DNA from: Azolla caroliniana
Taxonomy: Eukaryota; Plantae; Polypodiophyta
DNA length: 64,000 nucleotides
Direction of reading: 5' to 3'
Assembly: GCA_043228905.1 (NCBI GenBank)
Contig: JBHGNT010000010.1
Span: 13,516,001 to 13,580,000 of the forward strand
A model generated the notes under the pieces. It made no database searches and had not been told where the DNA came from. It saw only the letters and a program-made list of their open reading frames with translations. A program made the translations under genes and the position numbers. Shown here one piece after another: positions 45,867 to 59,343 of the stretch (position 1 is its first letter; each line of letters starts with the position of its first letter).

Positions 45867-48147
45867 CTTTTGAATTTTGATACAAACAATGGTTCTATAA
45901 AATAAAACCCACATAATGTTCCCACCGAGGACTCCCCCCATGCGACATCCCCCCGCTGTCCATGGATTGTGGAAGGATCCCTCTAGTTTAGACTTAATCA
46001 AAGCCATGGAGCTCTATATGAGGCTTGACCCTTGTAAATATGATACCTTCTATATTTCTTCCTAAGTAATGGGTAGCATATTTTTTTGGAAAAAAAACCC
46101 ACATTATGGAAAAGATGTTCTAAAACATATTAATTTGGAGTTTTTGATAAGGAATTAGGCTTCTCAAAGTAGAACAATGGCTCCATAAAATAAAACCCAC
46201 ATTATGGAAAAGAAGTTAAAAAACGTAGCAGTTTGGAATTAGGCTTCCCAAACTAGAGTCCACGGTATTGCCTTTAGAAAAGGAGTGACAACCTTCAAAT
46301 TACTAGGAAAGGGAGACAAGAAAAAAACAAATGTTACTATTGTCAAAGATTTTGATCTCTATTATCGTTTTGGGTAATATAATAATAAGACTGCAATCCA
46401 ACCTTAAAAGAAAAACCCTCCTCCACCCTTAAAGTAATTGGGTGGTCTTTGAAGTTTTTGTACATAAAACTACGTGCGTTTGTATGTGTGTGTTATGATC
46501 TATGAAGGTATGATGTATGTTTGTCTTCATGTCTTTCACGAGTCATTTATGGGTGTCCTATTTGTCCTTGTTTCTTTGGTGCTTTTTGAATTAGTGCATC
46601 TCATTGGCTACCAACTTACTATTGGGTAAATCTATATAGTATAAAAGAAAATATGCACATGAGGTCACATGGCTAAAGGTGAAACTCTTGTCAAGAAAGG
46701 GAATAACTGGGCAATCTTTCGTAGGTGCATGCAAACATGTGACTCTTGTGGTTATATTGATATTAAGTATATTGAATGTGTGTGCAAGCATGTCTATATG
46801 CTTGTATCAATTTGCTTTGTGCTACTAACAAACAAACATATCTATAATTTTGACAAATGCTGGGCTTAATGTCCTTTTACGAGGATACACACACTAAAGT
46901 TGTTAACCAATATTGAAAATTCAATCTAGTTTTGTATAGCACCATAGCCTAAAGGTTGAAATGACAACATTTTGAAGGTTGTGAAATTAGTACAGAAGAT
47001 TTAATACTTTTCGTTCCACACCATAGTGACTCTTAGTTTTGAGGCCATACTTCGTGATGATTTGTATGTATACAAAGTCATGTGAAATTGCAACCCTTAC
47101 ATTACACATAGATATGCGTGCCTCTCCCTTACTTTATATTTAACATGAGACTTAGTAATCAAATAAGTGCTAGCTACTATATCATGTCCATGGTATCTAA
47201 TAATGTGTTGTTGATTTCCAAGACATTGGCTTCTTGATGTCGCACATTCAATTATTCCGTTCGTGTAACCAAAATGTATACCAATGATGTCGAGTTGGCA
47301 AATCTATCAAGAGAGAAATGGCTCAATGCTCCCCTCTCAAGGCTTGCTTGCTTTTGTTTTCGGCTCACTTGTTTAGGAGTAGGGTATATTATATATATCC
47401 AATGATCTAAGTAAGATTGCATGCTTATGTAAGGAGTATCCATATGCCTTTCCAACAACAATTGCGAGTTTCGGTACTCAAAGCATCAGCCATAATTAAA
47501 TCAATTGTAGTTTCCGATATAGAATTGGGAAAAAAGGAACTCCTCACGAAAGGAACAAAGCGTGCCATTGGTCCTTTAAGGTCTTTAAAAACACAAAAAC
47601 AAGTGGCAATGGTATCTTTTAAAACGGACTAACTCTCAAACCTGTTACCCCACCTTACCCCACGAACATCTTAAGATTATATTATATTCATAGCATTTCC
47701 TTATTACGAGTATTTTTCTCTTCTTCCAAAAAGAGTTTTCCGTGAGAGCAGTGACCGGAAAGCAAGCGATTTCGTCTACTCTTTCATTCCTCAATGAATG
47801 AGAATGGCACATGTTCCCACCATCCATCCATTCATTCATTCCCTCAAGCATGGGTGTGTGTGCGCGAGCTCTTTCTCCTAGGCATTTATATTCCTCGTTA
47901 ATCAGGACTCCTGATTAAGGAGTAGGAGCGCCCAGTCATTCACTCATTCTCTCCCATTTCTTCCTGCAGAAGATATATATATATATGTATGTGTGTGTGG
48001 AGGAGTAAAGAAAAAAGAACATAACCCTCTTCGATCTCCGATTTAAGTAATTGCGTTTAATTAATTGCTTCCATCATTCCTTTTCTTATATGTATGTACA
48101 TTACATTACAGCCCCATCCTCCCCTTTCTTTCGAATTCATCCACATC

Positions 48148-48612
48148 TCACTCTCTCTCTCTCTCTCTCTCTCTCCAACCACTCATTTTTAATAGGCACC
48201 TTTTTGTTTTCGTCTGCTCTCTCTCTCTCTCTCTCTTTATGCGTGAATGCGGCACGCTCTGGAACTTGGGTTCCTGACCTCTGCTGCTCAACGAGGAAAA
48301 ACCATCTCCAAGTAGAAACTTAGGGAGACGAGAGAGAGAGAGAGAGAGAGAGAACACATCTGTACTGATGGATACTGTTGTCGAAAGGAAGCGAGGGACT
48401 CTCTCTCTCTCCCTCTTCGTCTTTTACAAACTCACACAGAAACTGAGTCACTCTCTCTCTATTCTCTCGTTTCACACACACAAGCTCTCTCTCTCTCTCT
48501 CTCTCTCTCCCCTTCCATCTCAGTGTCTTGTCACTGCTAACGTTTGTCTTTCTTGTCCATGTTAACGTTTGTCACTCTTTGTCAGCTGTGTGCGTACATT
48601 GCGAGAGAGAAT

Positions 48613-48662
<50 letters not shown>

Positions 48663-48995
48663 ACTTCATTTGTTTTTTTGTTGGCGTTGCATTCCATTCA
48701 AAGCAAGCCAAGCGCGAGTATATAATTTTCTGCTACATCCATATCCATTCCTGCTACTCCTCTCTGCTCATAAGGCCGGGACGGAGAGCAGCCAATCAAT
48801 GAACTCTGAATAATGGTGGTGCATTCTCATGCCCCCTCTTTTCTCTCTCTCTCTCTCTCTCCTTTACTTTTTCTTTCTCAGACCGACTGACTAACTACGG
48901 CCTACTTAATTACCCCTCCCCCTTCTTTCTCAAGCTGTCGTGTACTTCCTTCTATGTGTTCTATATTTGTGTGTGTGTGTGAGAGAGAGAGAGAG
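48148..48995. repeat. Cluster of (CT)n/(GA)n microsatellites upstream of the AP2 gene (promoter/5' UTR)
   Basis: At least eight GA/CT tracts in both orientations. Confidence 0.9.
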
Positions 48996-49338
48996 TCTGT
49001 AGACAGACACAATACACACAACATACATATGTATGTTCAGTTCTATCTGATAGGGCAGGCTGACTGATAAGGCATCCCCTCCCCTTCCCCCTCCTAGGGC
49101 TGGCTCGGCCCTCTTCAGGAGTACAACTAACTAGTGTTGCTGCTACTACTACTAATCCACATTAGGAGGGAGGGGCAGACGCACGCGTGCCCCCTCCCCC
49201 CCCCTCCCCCCCCACACGGCTGGATGTCTTAGATGACGCCTGGCCGAGTACGTAATTCAGGAATGATAGCCTCCTAATCCGACCTACCTCATTCATCCTA
49301 GGTTTGACGCCACATCCACATCCACATCCAGGAAGCGT

Positions 49339-52300
49339 ATGATGATTCTAGATTTGAACGATTTGCCCATCCATGAAGCTTCTGCAGGGTTGGAAGAGAA
49401 GCATACTCAAGCGAGCGTGGACGATATTATTGTTGTACAGGAGGAGCATATTATGTCCAGAGAGGAGGAGGAGGAGGAGGAGGAGGAGGAGGAGGAGGAG
49501 GAGGAGGGAGCAGGCGTGGGTGGTGTTGGAAGCTGTGAGCTTGTCGGGTCTGAAGTGAGTGTCTTGGCGGAGCTTGGCCATGGTCCTGAACCTGAACCGG
49601 AGCTCTTTCATCATGACCAGAAGAAGAAGAAACATGGTAGCAATTTAGAGAGGGGCAGCGCAAGAGAGATGAATGCCATATTGGATGGCCTCCCGAGCGC
49701 AGCAACGGGAGACAACATATCCGGGACGTCAGGCAGCTCGTCTGTGGTGAATGTAACCACCACCACCCACCACGGTGGCGGTGGCTGTGGCGGTGGCGGT
49801 GGCGGCAGCAGCACTCACGAGATGCTATCCTCTGAGTTCGAAGCTTCCAGTCGGGATGTGGCGGAGGGCAACAGCTCATGTAGCAATAGCCCCCTACTGC
49901 ACCTCTTCTTTGATACTGCTGGCGTAGCCGCCGTCTCCAGATTCCCCACCAACAAACGCCCCACTAACCTCAGTTACGATCTGGGGCTTCTTGCCGCTAC
50001 TGCTAATAAATTTTCTACTAGTATGAATCTGCCGCCAATAACAGAGCAGCAGCAGCACATGGTAGTACCCTTTCTGGGAAGAGGACCCCCTGCTCCTGCC
50101 CCTGCCCCTGCCCCTGCCACTGCCACCGCTTCTCTGGTAGCATCAGCAGCCACCTTGCAATTCTTCTTGCCCACCATGACAACACGACCACCTACTAATT
50201 GTCAAAGTCAAAACAATCTGACTACTGGAGGAGGAGGAGGAGGAGGAGACTTTGGAGCGCCTGCCAGTCATCCGTTCTGCCAGGCTGATGCAACTATGGG
50301 CCATGTGCAGCCCATGAAGAAAAGCAGAAGAGGTCCCCGATCCAGGAGCTCCCAGTACCGAGGTGTCACCTTCTACCGCCGCACAGGACGATGGGAATCT
50401 CACATTTGGTACGTTGTATATATAGAGAGAGAGATAGATAGATAGATAGATAGATAGACAGACACAATGAACAAAGTTTTTAGACTTCTTGGCCCCAATT
50501 GTAACATGTTTTGGCTCCTCTTTCCCAACAGGGATTGTGGAAAACAAGTGTATCTAGGTGAGTGCTCCTATTTCTTAAGATCGGTTGCTTGCCCAAGGGA
50601 TTCTTCATCTTACCATGGTCTTGGTTCCTTTCTTGTTTTTATTATGTTATTGTATCAGGTGGATTTGATACAGCACACGCAGCTGCAAGGTATGCCCAAT
50701 GCTTCCTTTCTCGTTCTTCACTGTAAATGGATATGGTGGGGGTAGGTAGATGCTACTGGAGAGCATTCCTTTGTTTCTGACTTCCAGAATATGTGTTGGC
50801 CATTAATGCTGCCAGGGCATACGACAGGGCAGCCATCAAATTTAGAGGCCCTGATGCAGATATTAACTTCAATTTAAGTGATTATGAGGAGGACATGAAG
50901 CAGGTACTAGAGATAGAAATTCACCAGGGGAGTTTATGAAGGAAGTGTGTTATACTTATTTTTCTTGTGCAGATGAGCTCTCTCACGAAGGAAGAGTTTG
51001 TGCATATTCTTCGGAGGCAGAGCACTGGCTTCTCGCGAGGAAGCTCGAGGTTCAGGGGCGTGACATTGCACAAATGCGGGCGCTGGGAGGCAAGGATGGG
51101 TCAATTCCTTGGCAAAAAGTGACGTTTCCTAATTATTTATTTTATCTCCTTGAATTGATGATCATCATCCGTTGATCCTAGTCTCATTGCATTTGAGGTG
51201 TGACAAGCCATGGCTGGATTGTGTATTTTTCCAGGTATATCTATCTTGGCTTATTCGATAGTGAAGTGGATGCAGCAAGGTTTCTATCACGGATTTCTTT
51301 GTTTACCAGATGATGAAATTGCATAGATTTGCTGAATATGTATGTGCTATGCTCTATTTCTAAAGCGGGATCTGCTACTTTGATACAGGGCATATGACAG
51401 AGCTGCCATTCGTTGCAATGGCAGGGATGCTGTCACAAATTTTGATCCTAGCGCTTATGAGGAAGATGTTATTACAGAAGCTACCACTGGTATGCCTAAC
51501 CTATCAAGCTATGGCTGGGGGCCGTGTGTTAAAGGGAAGCTGTATTACTATTGTTTATGGGCCTCCTCCTCTAAGAGACGTCCATTTTTTATTTTTTCTA
51601 TTTTTTCTTGTTTCCAGGACTTGAACAGACGTTGGAGCTCAGTCTGGGGGGTGGCTCATCACAACAGACGACAATGCCTCCTCACCCAGATGAGGTCACT
51701 AATGGAGATAAGCATCAGAGGCGTGAAGCATCCTGGTCACTGAGGCCTGGCATAGGGGAAGATAACATGGGAGTGATGGCGGCTAGATTACCACCTGGCT
51801 CCATCAGGGAAACTTGGCCGCCGCCGGTATGTGGAAGCTCTTCTTTCAGCATATATTTGTGGAGACTATAATAAATTTGTATTGATCGCATTACAATACA
51901 AATGCATAACAAATTTGGCGCTTGTGCTCATGATTAAACATGCAAACATATCAATAAAGATCATAATGATATGGAAGGATGTAATCTATAGAACAAATTG
52001 TCAAAGCATTTGTAATATATTAGATTATCGATTCCACATCTTCTAGTACCTACTACTATGTAGCTACTACACACGTGAATGTTTAGGGTTAAGGGTTGTA
52101 GTAGTAGCAGTGAATGTTATTGTCGGGATTTGTCCTGTACCTACCTACTACACTGCCACCAATGAATCTCAACAATGTTGATTTTGGCTTTAGGCTTGCC
52201 ATGGTGGACCCCAGAATCCCAAAGAAAGAGATGGGTTTCCAGCACAGCTGTTTACCATCGCTCCATTCGGTAACGGAAAGCCCATAGCACCACGCTATGC

Positions 52301-52544
52301 AGAAGATCCTAGAGGAGATGTACCTTACGCACAAGGTTTTCCTCCCAACATGGATATTCAGCAGAGAGAATTATTGAAGTACAATTCGGAACGACCTTGT
52401 TCTGGAGCAAGTATTGAGCATGCCGCACCCGGGGGCTTGCATCGGCCCATTGCATTGGCAAGCAGGGATGTGATTGCAGATCACAACTTCTATAAGGTAA
52501 ACAAACACAGCAAAAACAGCACGTTTCCACTGCAACATCTCAGA

Positions 52545-52579
<35 letters not shown>

Positions 52580-53301
52580 TTGTGTTTAAGTTACTACTTA
52601 CTTTATTTGTTCTCCTGAATTTGGGCATCTAAATACAGGCACCTTACCATCCAAGCAAAGAAGGGATGGATTGGGTGGGTGCAGCAAGTACAAAGGCATC
52701 ACTGACACACAGTGGTTGGACATGGCAGGCCCGCAGAACCCTTGCGGCCACGCAAGCAATGGCTGCAGCCAACAAACTAGCAACGGCAGCATCATCAGGA
52801 TTCTCACCTTATATCTCATCATCATCATCATCATCACAACTGCCGCCAGCAGCAGCAGCAGCTGCAGCTGGTTGTGGTGGTGGTGTGGACCCACCCTTAC
52901 CCTTACCCTTACCCCTACCCCTACCCCTACCCCTACCCCTATCCCTACCCCCAGCCATAGGAGGAGCAGGATTTCCAGAATGGCTATGCAAGTCAGGATT
53001 GGGGTATGTGCAGAGCTCATCGTCTCTGGCGAATCATCATCATCATCATTGCAACAGCCATCGTGGCATCACCACTATCGCCTTGGATACTGCATTGTCT
53101 CAGAAAATGAATGGGAACAACCGCACTGCTTCTTCATCCTCCACACAGGAAAGCAGCAGTAGCAGGAGCAGCAGCAGAAGCAGGGAGGGAGCAGTGATGA
53201 GCAGCAGGATTCTTACTGCTGCTGCTTCTCCTCCTACTAGTAGTGCCAAAGAACACAATTTCCTAGGCCTCTCCCTGGGCCCCGGCTTTGACAAAGTTTG
53301 A
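49339..53301 (+). CDS. AP2: euAPETALA2-type transcription factor with two AP2 domains. Predicted exons 49339-50408, 50532-50557, 50659-50689, 50816-50903, 50973-51118, 51235-51279, 51389-51489, 51618-51826, 52194-52496, 52639-53301 (2682 nt, 893 aa)
   Basis: MILDLN; [61 protein letters not shown]; linker [19 protein letters not shown]; second domain [48 protein letters not shown]; all introns GT-AG and in phase. Exons 8-10 are less certain. Confidence 0.93.
52784..52804 (+). promoter_or_regulatory. miR172 target site
   Basis: CGGCAGCATCATCAGGATTCT vs the miR172 complement ATGCAGCATCATCAAGATTCT; encodes AASSGF. Confidence 0.93.
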
Positions 53302-53404
53302 TTGACGGATCCATCCCATCCATCCATCTGATCGCTAGCCTAGACTAATACTACACTAGAGTGGTCAAACTTCTAGAATTTTCAAAATCCAATCAAAATA
53401 CTGT

Positions 53405-53443
<39 letters not shown>

Positions 53444-54371
53444 CAACTGACGAACCCCCCCCCCCCCCCCTCCCTCCTTCTATCTCTTTCTCTCTGCTCT
53501 TTTTTTCTTTTTCCTTGCTTTAGCGTCGTTCATATAAAAAGCTTTTATTTGTTTTGGTACCCATACTTTATCTGGTCTTTCCTTTCCTTTGAGAGCAAAG
53601 CATGCACACCGCACACACACACGCAATCGCATACATATGGATGAGTAGCTTAGCTTATTAGGTTTAGGGGTTACTTACTTTAGTAGGTGGGGGTGGGGGT
53701 GGAGTGGAATCTGGAATCTGGATCACCCCCCTAAAGCTGCTATTTATCACTGTCATCATCATGCCCTTTAAAAATGACTGCGACAAGTATTAGTTATATG
53801 TAGATTCAATCTCCCGTCCTCTTCTCCTCTGACCTGTTTTTTTATTAATGAGATACCACTGAGCTAGCTATGTTGGTAGTGATAGTTAGGGTAAGATGCT
53901 TTCTTTTCTATTTTTGTAACTATGACAAGTTGTTAAGACTACCAAGACAAGGCTCAACTTTCATTTTCATCTACAGTGTACATTTTTCTTCTTAAGATGC
54001 CAAATTACCTTCTGGACTTCATCGGACAAACTTACACCCCTTTATTAGACTATAGAATTTTTTTCTTAATATAGTAGATGCCACTGAAGGAATGTAGGAG
54101 TTTTCTAGTCGTTGTCAGAGAACCTTAGAATTGAACTACAATTATATGGGCTCTCTCTCTCTCTCTCTCTCTTCATTCTCCCATCTTGTTCTCTCGGTCA
54201 TCACATTAATACAATTATGGTTGCTTGGGAATGCATGCATTCTCTCTAGTATTCTTATTATGGTCATCTCGGAATGCATGTATTCTCTAGAATTCTTGAT
54301 TAGTTTTGTACCTATATATCCTCCCCCTACACATACCTAGATGCATCATACGTATAGAGTAACGAGAATAA

Positions 54372-54558
54372 TGTGGAATATGAAGCCAGCCACAACTGGT
54401 CAATACGTGCAAATGAGAGACGTAGAAATCAAGACATCAATACACAAGAAAAGAAAGTACATATACACACGATCTTTTCACGTGGAAAACCTTGGAAAAG
54501 AAAAACCACAGGAGTCCATAAACTCTAAGTAATCACTATTGTAGGAGGAATATACAAC
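54372..54558 (-). repeat. Partial Tork-like Copia LTR (U5 end), cut by the hAT insertion
   Basis: gccacaac...cacgtggaaaacc....gaaaaaccac.ggagtc is the motif shared by the Copia LTRs in this window. Confidence 0.7.
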
Positions 54559-55097
54559 TAGCAATGGGCACGGTTTCGGCTCAAACCAAACTGAACCGTT
54601 AAACCGTGGCTTAACGGTTTATTAGTTCAAAATTAAATAATGAGTTTGGTTTGGTTTAAAGAATGTAAGTTCGGTTTGGTTTCGGTTCAGTTTGGTTTAA
54701 CATTTATTTGTTTGTCGGTTTAACGGTTTAACGGTTTCTATTAATTTGGTTCGGTTTATAGGTTCTTACCTTACCCTTAAATTTTCAATTTTATAAATTA
54801 TACCCTTCCTATTTTTACTATGGGCATTTGTCATTGGGCATTGGGTAATAGACCTAAGACTACTATCGAACGGAAGGGATTCATGAGGCGCACTACGTAG
54901 GTGGCACTGTGTAGGTTGAGGCGGCAACGACCAATCACCACTTCATTGCTCTTCAAACTCCAGAGTGCAGACTTCTAACTTCTAAGTTCTAATCGTGTTC
55001 TTTTCTCCATTCCTCAATTATCCATACTCCAGACCTCTTATTGTTGCTATTGCTACCTATAACACAGGTATGATTCATCTTTGAATCTAAAGTTGAA

Positions 55098-56793
55098 TTA
55101 GGTTTTTCTATCATCGCCAATCGGACACTCCAGATCAATAGTAATGCCAGTAATGTGTGCTTCGATAGCCTGAAAATCAATAAAAAGATTCCCAGTTTCC
55201 TCAATTTCTATACATTCACCTGGCTTCAACATATTCTCCTTAGCATCCTGGTCACTTTGCAAGTTCATGCCGAAGTCATCCATGGTTTTGTCTATCTGAC
55301 TTTGTCCTAATGCCGCATGCGTAAATTGATCGCAATATGGTCAAATTTGGGGTCTTTGATTCATTTTCCTCTTTATCTGCAAAGTGCAAGACATTTTGCT
55401 CCTCTACATTGTGACCATTTCCAAAATCAGTAACAGGATTGCCAATCTGATTTTGTCCTAACTCAGTTGAATCTAAGGGCTTTGACCTAGTTTTCTCCCT
55501 TTCTGCAATGAATACATTCTGTTCGTTCACATTTTGATCATTTTGCAAGTCCATGCCAGAATCACCCATGCTATTGTCGATTTGAGTTTTTCCTAATGTT
55601 GAAATCAGCCCCAATATGGTCAAATTTGGGGTCTCTTTTTCATTTTCCTCCTTGTCAGCAAATCTGAAGACATTTTGATCCTCGGCATTGGAACCATTTC
55701 CAGAATCGGTAATGGTATTACCAATTTGAGCTTGTCCTAACCCAGTTGAATCTGTGGGTCTGACCTAGTTTTTGTTAGGAAACAGGTCCCTCCGGATGGG
55801 AAGTGAGAAGAACAGTGTTGATGAGCAAACTCGGCCGAGGCCAATAGGCAGAGGCCGAATCCGGATGACGAGTACCCGGCAAGGAAGACCCGGTGAGAAC
55901 CGGATGTTGCAGGCCCGGTGAGAACCTCTCATCGGATGGAAGGGACATATATGTAAATATGTTCTAGAGAGCCCACTGGGGCTATATTTGTAAATAGCCC
56001 GAAAGTCATATTAGTATAAATATGACCTAGGGCAAACTTAATAGTTATGATGATAGAGTTATTGGTGTAACGACTGTACAAAGAGAGAGACAGAGAGAGC
56101 GATACAGAGCATGTCTCTATTGTAACCGTTGCTAGGCGAAGATTGTGAGCAAGAGGTCGTTGCCTCTGTGCTCCCTGTTGCATTACTTTATAGAGTGATA
56201 GTTTGGAGTTAGTGGACTCCCGTGGTTTTTCCCTTTCAGGGTTTTCCACGTTAATATCATGTGTATTCTTTTTTTGTTTTGTCGACTTACCTCCATTCCC
56301 ATTTCGTCTATGTTTTTTATTGTCATCAAGTGATCTACGCTTCGGTTGTGGCCGGAGATTAATCCACGTATTTCACGTCAGTTTTCTCTCTTTCTACAAT
56401 GAATACATTCTGGTCATTCACATCCTGATCATTTTGCAAATCCATGCTAGAGTCAACCATGGCATTGTCGATTTGAGTTTTTCCTACTGTGGAAATTGAC
56501 CCTAATATGGTTTAATTTGGGGTCTATGATTCATTTTCCTCATCTGTAAATCTGAAGATAGTTTGCTCCCTTGCATTGTGACCATTTTCAGAATTAGTAA
56601 TTGAATTGGCAATCTGAGTTTGTCCTAACCCAGTTGAATCTAGGGGCTCTAATCCAATTTTATCCCTTTTTGTATCTAAAACATTTTGCTCATTAACTTC
56701 TTGATCATTTTGCAAGACCATTCCAGATTCAGCAATGGCACTGTCAATCTGAGTTTGTTCTAATGTCAAAATTGATTCTCTTTCTGCATTCAA
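55098..56793 (-). repeat. ~279-bp (93-codon) tandem repeat, 3-4 degenerate units, largely open on the minus strand; interrupted by a solo LTR
   Basis: ggtcaaatttggggtct at ~55339, ~55618 and ~56509 (613 bp of insertion lies in between); repeated peptides TQID....SGM.LQNDQ.VNEQNV...PLDST.LGQ.QI.N......NGHN..EQ....F.D.EENES. Confidence 0.8.
55773..56380 (+). repeat. Solo LTR (same family as 39915-40635)
   Basis: TGTTAGGAAACAGGTCCCTCCGGATGGG...CA; TSD GTTTT at 55768-55772 and 56381-56385. Confidence 0.92.
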
Positions 56794-57391
56794 ATCATTT
56801 TGATAAGGTGAATCTTATTCATGGCAGGTAAAATTGAAGGTTTTTAACAAAGAAACTTGTAGATATGTTCAAAGAAACATGATAAAATGTTATACCTCTA
56901 GTTTCCACCTGACATGTTCAACTAAACTATGGTCAGAAATAGCACTGATTATTTGGCTATCAAAATTATGTACATATATTGGCTTGATTTGATTATCAAG
57001 GTTCAAACTTACGTGCTCTGATTGAAGTTATCTCTGCAATAATTAACCCTATATCTATTTATTTCTAGCTTCACAATAAGCTTTTTATGCATACATATTT
57101 TGCATTGGATTGTTGAACAATACTCGTAAAGACAACAGATGTATTAAAATGTACAATCTTTCTTTCTCTGAAGTGTAACAATGTATCTTTCTATATTAAC
57201 ATGTCTTCTTTCTCAGAAAAGTTTATAACAATTTGGAATTATGGTCTTGTAGAATGTTTGCCATTGGACATAATGGTTGCTTTTTTGTTCTTAGCTAACT
57301 TAGCAAACATTCTATTTCATTTATTTATCTCATTATTATGTATTTGAAATGTGCTAATTGAGTTAATTGAATTTTATAGGAACACTATAAA

Positions 57392-59343
57392 ATGGAATCA
57401 TCATCTCAAACTAATGTTGCAGTGGACTCATCTTCAATTGATGTTAGCCGTGGGTCAACAAGTAGCTCAAGAAAAAGGCAACGCACATCATGGACAGATG
57501 CTCACATCATATTTTATATGGATAATGGCACACCTCGACGACGATGCCATCATTGCCATGTTTGTTGGTCTTCTACAATATCCACATGCACTATAGCCAA
57601 ACATTTAGCAAAAAAGCATCGTTTATCAAGCGACCCAGACCAAAATTCAGGTATATCACAACACATTCAATCTTCAATTGAGTCTGCTAGAGTATCTCAC
57701 GTTTTAGAGAAGACAATTGATGCTGCCATCACGAAGTATATTGTGAAGGGAACATTGCCCCATGCACATGTGGAATCACCTGAATTTAAGGAGTTCATAC
57801 AACAAATTGTACCCGGATATCAAGTAAAGACAAGACGCATGATTAAGCGTTCCATCCTAGAAATTTATGTGGTGTAGCGTCATCAAGTGATAGATTTGCT
57901 ATCGAAATGCCAATCAAGATTTTCCATAACTTTTGATGGTTGGTCAAATAGTAGTCTGAAGGGCTTCTACTTATGAGACAGGAAGGTCGAGGTCAATGTT
58001 ATTGGATTTTGTGCATGTATTTCCAGGTGTTGGATCAGGGAAGCGTTGTGCACATGCCCTCTTTGCTCGACTTCGATCCTTTGATACTTCTAGTCGCCTC
58101 TTAGCTACAATTTTTGATGGAGCGAGTGATGCACAAGTAGTTGCAAAGGAGTTGAGCATGTTGTTACAAGATGAGCATGGTAAGGAAATTTTGGCTCCAT
58201 CACATATGTTAAGATGTATGGTACACACTTTTCAGTTGGGTATCAAGGCAACATTAGAGGTTATCTCACCCTCAACAAAAAAGTTGAGAACAATGCTCCA
58301 TACTATTAGATCTAGCAAGGTTCGAAGGGAAGTGTTTAGGAAGTATGCTAGGATGGTTGAACATCATGAAAGGGAACCACCAAGGCTTGATGTTGTTACA
58401 AGATGGAATTCTACCTTGGAAATGTTTAGGCAAGCTATCAAGGATAGAGATGTATTGAATTTTACAATTTCAGATTTAACAATATCAAGTGATTTCAATG
58501 GTTATGTCTTGAGTCACATACATGCCATGGCGGAATGGCTAGATACACCGGCCAAGGTTTCTACTTTTCCGGGAGGGTCAAGATATCCTACATTATCACT
58601 AGTATCGCTAGCATATAATTGTTTACTAAATCATTGCAATCAATTTTTAGATTCTTCACTTCCAGGATCATCTAGATTCACACAAGAGGTGCTTCAAAGA
58701 GCGTCTGAGAACTGCTTACAATATTTAATTAAGTATCAAGAATCGTTAAAGTCTATTCCATCTCGCATAACAATGTTTCTTGATCCCAGGTAATGCTTAC
58801 CTTTATATCGTACAATTATCATCATGATTTCGGATTTTTTATTTGAGTTTAAAACCGTTTTATTTGTTTTATAGATTGCCTCTTCCAAATAATCATACAG
58901 AAAGAGAGTTAGATATTAAGTTGGTTGAAAGCATGATTGAGTCCCATTATCACTCGTTCACGAGTGATGTTGAACCACCTTCGGCTTCAACCACAATACA
59001 TGAAAATGATAAGAACTCAAAAATTGGGACGTTAATGGGTGTAAATAATAAAAGTCTTGTTTTTGATTCACGGTCAGAAATTGAGCACTTTATGAGACTT
59101 CCTTCGACTGGCACGGACAAGGATCCTTTACAATGGTGGAATGATAATAAATCAACAATGCCTTCACTATATAGGATGGCATGTGATTACCTCACTATAC
59201 CAACATCATCAGTACCTGCTGAAGAGGCTAATTCGGCAACAAAAATGACCTTTGTTAACAAGATCAAACTACATTCATGCACTTTCAAAGCTGAAATGTG
59301 CATTCGATCATGGATGGATGTTTTAAGAGAATGTAATGTTTAG
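57392..59343 (+). pseudogene. hAT transposase (BED-type zinc finger, catalytic core, C-terminal dimerisation domain) with stops and a deletion; intron 58790-58874
   Basis: CHHC...HLAKKH; ITFDGW; RCMVHTFQL; LDVVTRWNST; FLDPR; DPLQWW...PSLYRMACDYLTIPTSSVPAE. Confidence 0.9.

Noticed and set aside
45884-46260. Degenerate direct repeats (aaaacccacattatggaaaag) as a distinct element
   Set aside because: No TIR, TSD or coding signal found; probably a decayed local duplication.
48051-48802. Short ORFs with LSLSLS/RERERE runs (also 10805, 38969, 45591)
   Set aside because: Translations of GA/CT microsatellites, with no other coding evidence.
50409-50445. C-terminus [11 protein letters not shown] of the 368-aa ORF
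   Set aside because: Read-through into intron 1; the AP2 domain continues in the next exon at 50532.
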